Positions 59,718-64,000 of a DNA stretch of 64,000 nt are shown here, in pieces. Numbering within the stretch: position 1 is the first letter of the stretch; each line of letters starts with the position of its first letter. The position numbers were made by a program, and so were the translations under genes. This DNA comes from Candidatus Latescibacterota bacterium (GTDB lineage Bacteria > Latescibacterota > UBA2968 > SICM01), in assembly GCA_965217865.1 (NCBI GenBank), contig CBDCJO010000002.1:736001-800000 (forward strand). The letters run 5' to 3'. Under the pieces are notes generated by a model that ran no database searches, was not told the DNA's origin, and saw nothing but the letters and a program-made list of their open reading frames with translations.

Positions 59718-62608
59718 CTATGCGTCGTAGCCCTCAGGCACGCCTATACTCTTTGGGGGAGGAGCCGGGGGAGGGGTGCGCAGTTCTATTTCAACGGGAT
59801 CTATCGACTTCACGTTGGCATTGGGATCAAAGTTGTCCCAGTTGGGGGGGATACCGGGAAAGGGCCCGTCGTAGACATCATGACCCATCTCGGGCACGTT
59901 TTCGGCGCCACTCGGCCTCTGCCCTTGCGAATCCTTCCGGGTCATGGTCCATGGCCCTGGCTACGGTCGACATCATTAGAGGTATGTAACCACCGAAGGT
60001 CACATTGGTGAAGGTGACGTGGGACAGGGTTTCGACTCGAAGGGCCATATCCGTAAAGAAGCTCAACACGTGGTACTTAGCCCATGCCGCATAGATAGGG
60101 TCCTTTGTCAAGTCGTAGGCCATGCCCACGCCCCCTGGGACGCTGTTGCCCCCTGGAGGCCCTCCCCAGCTCGTCCAGTGCCATCCGTTTCCCACGGGCC
60201 AGAGCCTTGGACCGGGGGGTCAGCCATTCCCGGGCCATATCGAGGGTGAAGAAGCCGGATACCGGGACTTCCCAGACCATGTGGTCAGCCTCGGCCAGGA
60301 TGGTCTTTTTCAGGAGATCGCTGTTGAAATGTCGGACCCCTTCGTAGTAGATGGAGAACATAATGCCCCCATGCTGGGCCGGCTGGGAGGACGGTTGTAC
60401 GAAGGCCTCTTCCCCAAGATCGCCGAGGGTCTGGGCAGAGGAAGGGATCAAACCCGGGACGGATTGTGTCTTGAGGAGCCAGTTCAGACTTCGCCGGGCC
60501 AGCCCTCCGTATTTTTCAGCCCAGGTCACGAGGTAGGCCTCGATCACACAGGCGAGTGGGCCGGTGAACTCCCGCTTTCCTCCACCCCGGCGTTCTGTAA
60601 TGATCCCCGCGGGTTCCTGGTTCCGAACGGCCCAGTCCGCGGCCTCGAGGGCGACCTCCAGGAGGCGCCTGTTGCCGGTGAAGTAATAGTGAAGCATGAT
60701 GCCAAGGGTAAGGGTGTGGGAAGGGCTGTGGCCGCCGGACCACTGGTGGGCGCTATGATAATGTATCAAACCCACGTATTCCGGATGGGAAGGGTGAGCG
60801 TGGCAGACGGTCACATCCGCCATCGTCTGGCTGTAGGCGGAGGCCAGGAGGAAATGGCGGCGCTTCGCGGTGCGGACGAAATTGCCCCAGAGCGCCCAGA
60901 CCTGGTCGTTGGCCTCATTGTTGTAGGGCCCTACGTGCTTCAGTCCTTCGATTGGATTTGTGCGGTAATGAAGACGATAGGCAGCTCCTGCACCCGGGCT
61001 GTGTGAACAGACCAGATTCCCGTAGCGCATCATGCCGTATAGCCGACACCGCTCCCTCGGTTCGACGACAAGGGTCTCGACGATCTGGTCCAATGCCGCA
61101 TCCACTTCGGCGAATCGCTCATCCCCCGCGTAGTAATGCGCTCGGGTCGCCTCTGTTCGGTATGTGTATTGAGGATCGGGAGGCGCGATTATCGGTTCCT
61201 GAACACATATTGCGAAGGCCTCAGCCGATTCATCATCGATGGGCTCGGGGGAGAGGCGGAGCCAGAACTCCGTGGTCTTGGCGGCGCCGGTTCCGTCGCT
61301 GGTGTCCGTGTCGTTGTGCGATGCGGGCCGATCGGGTGCGTACTTCCGGACCATCTCCTCGATCCAGGCCGCGTCCTCTTCACTCTGGCAGTTGAAGCTT
61401 TTCAGGTGCAGGGGTGCGGTGGGATTCTCCTGGAGAATGCGTTTGACGGTTTCCTCGTCTCGGGTGGCATCGAATCTGACGGCCGTTTCCTTCCACGGTG
61501 TGGAAAAAACCAGTTTTTCCCCACACGCTGCGGGCCAGATCTGGAGAGAAAGGCCCCGGCTGTCGACGGTGAAGCCTTTCGGATACTCCTGCCAGTGATC
61601 CCGAATGACAAAGAGCGCCGATCCCTCGCGGCCACAAAGGCTTGCCCATCCGCGTGTCTTCTCCCCCTCGCCGAAGGGTTCACCGTCTCGCGTCACCCGG
61701 TAAGAAATATCCGAGTCCTGAAGAAACCTCCCCTCCGCCCATCGCGCCGCCCAGTGCGCCTTATCCTGTCCACCGAACCCCATCCTCAGATCGTCCCCAA
61801 GATCCAGCGGAAAGAACAATCCGACCTCAGAAAACGCCAGAGCATTCGGGTCCTGGTCGAACACAAACGTGTGAAATATCCGCAAATCGTTCCGACCTGC
61901 ATAGGCGTGGATCCGAACCGTATACGGACACAGATGAAGACCATTTTCTGAGGCGTGATATCCCTTCACGCTAACACAGACCCACATCGGGCCGGATTCC
62001 TCCACAATCACCTTCGGAGTCGGACCCGCTCCAAACGAGTCATAGACCTCTCCGTATGTGTCAACCAGATACAGATAGGGCCCCGGATTGCCCCGGAACA
62101 CATCGTGCCAGCCATCCCCCTTCCTGATCCAGCACCCTGAAAGGAAATCTCTGGCGCCCTCGATCGACGCCACCGCCGGTTGTGGGGGGGGAATGAAGGC
62201 GAAGTGAGGTTGTCCCCCCGAATGAGGGAGCCGGAAGTCCAGTCGAAGCCTACCTGTGTCAACCCGGAGGCGTTCCCTGCTCTGTTCCGTCGAAACCCCC
62301 TGTTCCGGTTCAACCGCCTCGACCCCGGGTCCATATTCCAGGAAATATTCTGGTGTTTTATCCACCATCAGATCCGCTTGAAAGTCCACCAGAAGCCACT
62401 TTACGTACTTCATATCCCGGTTCCACGTGGCAAGACACGTAGCTTGCGTGGGGAGGGCCTCTCCTTCGGGGCCCACCGCCCGGACCGGGGACCCACGTTC
62501 GAGGTCTCCGTCCGCGAACGGCACCCCCTGCGTGATCGGCCAGGCCTTTCGATCGACCCCGCCCGGGTTCTCGATCCTTAACTTGATTCGTTTGATTTTC
62601 TTCGGCAC
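59718..62608 (-). CDS. Large hypothetical protein, possibly rhamnogalacturonan-lyase-like (alpha/alpha barrel); two apparent frameshifts (~60205, ~59893)
   Basis: WPITQGVPFADG, W..KYVKWLLVDF, WQEYPK, YYFTGN; three consecutive ORFs join by single-base changes; GGAGGA RBS. Confidence 0.6.
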
Positions 62609-62843
62609 AATGCTCCTCCAGCTTCTTCCTGTTTTCCTTAAAAAAATCGGAGGGGTTATCGCTGATAGTCGGGGTAAGCGTATTTGTGAAAAATGCCTAG
62701 CTTACATCCCTGAATCCCGCCAGATAGCTTATATCACGGGGATCTTAATATTGCAGAACATGCTTGATAACGTTGAAGATCAACATTTTTCGGCCAAGCG
62801 AAAATATGCTGCATCTTCTTGTTAGTGGCGTTTTCAGATCCTG

Positions 62844-64000
62844 TTACCAGACCGGTTTCATTTGCCATGTATCAAGGGATTTCAGTGTACCGCTCCCATT
62901 CTCGGTAAAGACGGAAACGCCGAGGTCCTTTGCTCCGGGGTAGATCACACGAGTGACGCAAGACATGCCGTCATTAACGAAGACTTCCATCACTGACTTG
63001 TCCAGGAATACATGAAGTCGGAAGGCATTCGCTTTACCCCCCAGCGCAACAGGCACCTGGGTGCCCGCTACATTCAAAGTTCCGCTGGCATACCTCAGGG
63101 TGACGGCCTTCTCTCCGTTTTCGCTGCAGCGGAGTTTCAGACCGATAGCTGTAGCATTCCCCTGTTCCAACTCGGCTACGAGTTCCATGGTGTCGCCCTT
63201 GATCTCGTTAAGGCGTTTCGTCTCGTCGACCACGTTCAGATTCTCAATACTGCGGTGTTGCCCGCGCAGTTTCTTGAGTTCAGGTGCCGGGGTCTGGATC
63301 AAGTTCTGCTCTTTGTCGAGACTCAAGATGCGAGGGAGGGAAAGGCTGCCATGCCATCCTCTGCCTTGCTCGAAACCGCTTACCCATCCGAACATAATGC
63401 ACCGTCCTTCGGGGTCCGGAAACGTGTAGGTGGCATATAGCCCTCGAGTCCAGAGGTTAGGGTGCGCCGGGCCGTAGCTGTAATCCACTACTCCTTGTTT
63501 TTCTGTCGTAAATGTCAGCGTCTCTATATCGAAACTGCCAACAAAATACTCCACCCATCTGTATGCCCCATAGATCAGAACCCACCTGCTGCCAAGCTTC
63601 ATGAAGTTGGGGCATTCACCGCTGTCATTGTGCATGATACCGCGATACCGCCATTTGAGCAAGCTGCCATCTTCGGCCTCATAAATTGGTACTACACCCT
63701 TGCCCTTGATCTTGCAGCTGCTCAAAAGCATGAAGGTGCGTCCACCCTCGCGAAAGATGAATGGCATATCCTCTTTGTCGTATGGATGCTCAGGTGCGCC
63801 GTGTCTCTCACGCGTTCTCCAGCTGAGAAAAGGGTTTCCGTTCCATTTTTCCCATTGAATCAGATCGTCGTCACCCAGAACAGCCCAGTGTTCACGTCTA
63901 CCCTCAAACGGAACCATGTTGTAGAAGATGATGGGTGTTCCGGCATCGTTGAAGGCAAGACAACCGGAATTACAGCGTCTTTCTCCCAATTCCCTGGACG
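62844..64000 (-). CDS. Glycoside hydrolase family 32 protein, 5' end beyond the window
   Basis: CNSG, ECPNF, YFVGSFD, YAT..F.D..GR.IMFGWV, LSLPR, FLDKSVMEVFVNDG. Confidence 0.88.
   Translation of the reverse strand, partial: SRELGERRCNSGCLAFNDAGTPIIFYNMVPFEGRREHWAVLGDDDLIQWEKWNGNPFLSWRTRERHGAPEHPYDKEDMPFIFREGGRTFMLLSSCKIKGKGVVPIYEAEDGSLLKWRYRGIMHNDSGECPNFMKLGSRWVLIYGAYRWVEYFVGSFDIETLTFTTEKQGVVDYSYGPAHPNLWTRGLYATYTFPDPEGRCIMFGWVSGFEQGRGWHGSLSLPRILSLDKEQNLIQTPAPELKKLRGQHRSIENLNVVDETKRLNEIKGDTMELVAELEQGNATAIGLKLRCSENGEKAVTLRYASGTLNVAGTQVPVALGGKANAFRLHVFLDKSVMEVFVNDGMSCVTRVIYPGAKDLGVSVFTENGSGTLKSLDTWQMKPVW

Noticed and set aside
28740-60210. Apparent pseudogenisation or programmed frameshifts (~28744, 29368, 35775, 36265, 49396, 59893, 60205)
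   Set aside because: Each is fixed by one base in a short homopolymer, with no other decay visible; most consistent with sequencing indels. Needs read check.
1-64000. rRNA, tRNA, riboswitch, prophage or defence operon
   Set aside because: No recognisable signature seen by eye; a covariance-model scan was not possible.

Overview
GC-rich bacterial window. Gene content suggests an FCB-superphylum organism, probably Ca. Latescibacterota-like (inference from the PorV/T9SS-CTD/TonB trio, CRTAC1 paralogs and PhyH/enolase/sulfatase expansion). Left half (1-35.4 kb, all minus strand) is an envelope/uptake region: OPT-like transporter (truncated), two ~1500-aa M28-like/FtsX fusion paralogs with a nearly identical 3' half, two CRTAC1 (FG-GAP/ASPIC-UnbV) proteins, a TonB receptor + T9SS-CTD protein + PorV trio, six exported TPR proteins (three ending in a minimised parvulin-like domain) and msrP. 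Right half is a catabolic island (2 enolase-superfamily genes, sulfatase, 3 PhyH, MDR dehydrogenase, uxuA, GH-like proteins) interrupted by IS110, IS1380 and IS3 elements. Best signals: (1) an IS1111-type IS110 inserted in a REP-like repeat, with guide segments matching the reconstructed target readable in its non-coding end; (2) a hairpin-bounded element carrying a DUF559 endonuclease plus empty ~105-120 bp derivatives; (3) pervasive heptamer tandem repeats that also enter coding sequence in frame; (4) circularly permuted GTAG-REP units. Several single-base frameshifts at short homopolymers are probably sequencing errors. No rRNA, tRNA or CRISPR array was seen. All calls are by eye; no searches were run.
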